Translations under genes and position numbers: made by a program
NCBI GenBank assembly: GCA_963754875.1
Contig: CAVWHO010000016.1
Coordinates: 128,001-192,000, forward strand
Direction of reading: 5' to 3'
DNA length: 64,000 bases
Source: Nitrospirota bacterium
Lineage (GTDB): Bacteria; Nitrospirota; UBA9217
Notes under the pieces: generated by a model
Told to the model about the DNA's origin: nothing
Database searches by the model: none
Seen by the model: the letters and a program-made list of their open reading frames with translations, nothing else
In this document: piece after piece, positions 63,448 through 64,000 of the stretch
Layout of the letters: each line of letters begins with the position of its first letter
How positions within the stretch are numbered: the first letter of the stretch is position 1

Positions 63448-63924
63448 TCATTCCACCACCCATACGGCACAGCCTTTTGCCTCGTGGACAAGCCTGCTCG
63501 ACGTACTGCCGAACAGGAACTCCTCGGCCTTTGTCTTATGATGGCGACCCACGACCACAGTGCAGCATGTCAGATCGCACCGGGTCTCAAGGATGGCGTC
63601 GGAAAAAGATTTTGCCTCGCCCACGCATGAGCTGAATCTCACCTTGTCCTCAGGAAACCCGGCCTGTCTAAGGACTTGCTTATAATTTTCAAGCATCTTG
63701 TTTGTCGCATCGAGCTTTTCCCTGATCCATGCATTGAGCTCCGCTGGCGAGTCATAAAAATCCTCTTCAGGATCGGGAATGATGGAGATGAGCGTGACTG
63801 CAAATCCCGGAAACCCACCGAGAAAGTCGGCCACATACAGCACGGCGCGGCGGGAGCTGTCCGACTCATCAACAGCGATCAGGAGCTGTTTGTCTTTCGT
63901 CAGGGCATTATCTTCGGGCTTCAT
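63448..63924 (-). CDS. Universal stress protein
   Basis: LLIAVDESDSS...TVVVGR...FLFGSTS...AVWVVE. Confidence 0.9.
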   Translation of the reverse strand: MKPEDNALTKDKQLLIAVDESDSSRRAVLYVADFLGGFPGFAVTLISIIPDPEEDFYDSPAELNAWIREKLDATNKMLENYKQVLRQAGFPEDKVRFSSCVGEAKSFSDAILETRCDLTCCTVVVGRHHKTKAEEFLFGSTSSRLVHEAKGCAVWVVE

Positions 63925-64000
63925 GGCTGGGCTCCTTTTGACAATGAGAAAGTTTTTATTTTATAGTTTTACGTTCATAGTTAATTCATATCGCTCAACG

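Overview
Bacterial chromosomal window, probably from an anaerobic or microaerobic Nitrospirota/Desulfobacterota-like organism (inferred from gene content). The GC-rich flanks carry housekeeping and metabolic genes. Left flank: glmM 3' end, comEC, a CysL-type LysR, DUF47-PiT, an acyl-CoA synthetase and a giant PPDK-like protein. Right flank: tRNA-Glu, tRNA-Lys, purA, serA, a class-V aminotransferase, ttcA and nrdJ. Between them lies an AT-richer accessory region of about 33 kb (~18.8-51.7 kb) ending at the tRNA-Glu 3' end. It holds heme-c-bearing sensors, a YeeE/YedE pair, DsrE plus decayed TusA/MoaD, four TM2-domain paralogues, three TRL-like lipoprotein copies (one decayed), a secreted Cys/His/heme-c beta-propeller, two Crp/Fnr paralogues, a sigma-54 activator and a complete IS21 with a 7-bp target duplication. 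The strongest unannotated signal is a palindromic box, TGTATC-N4-GATACA, recurring 5-7 times in the island. In most copies it lies 22-23 bp upstream of a TAN3T -10 element, as in NtcA class II promoters, and it matches the NtcA-like recognition helix (GSTRVSVSR) of the two island Crp proteins. This suggests a self-contained regulon linking TRL/TM2 envelope proteins to sulfur-transport genes. A UGA-recoded DUF1573 selenoprotein candidate with a SECIS-like hairpin lies at 56601-56996. Several +1 frameshifts in core genes (glmM, comEC, lysR, purA) look like sequencing errors. No database searches were run; family calls come from motif recognition.
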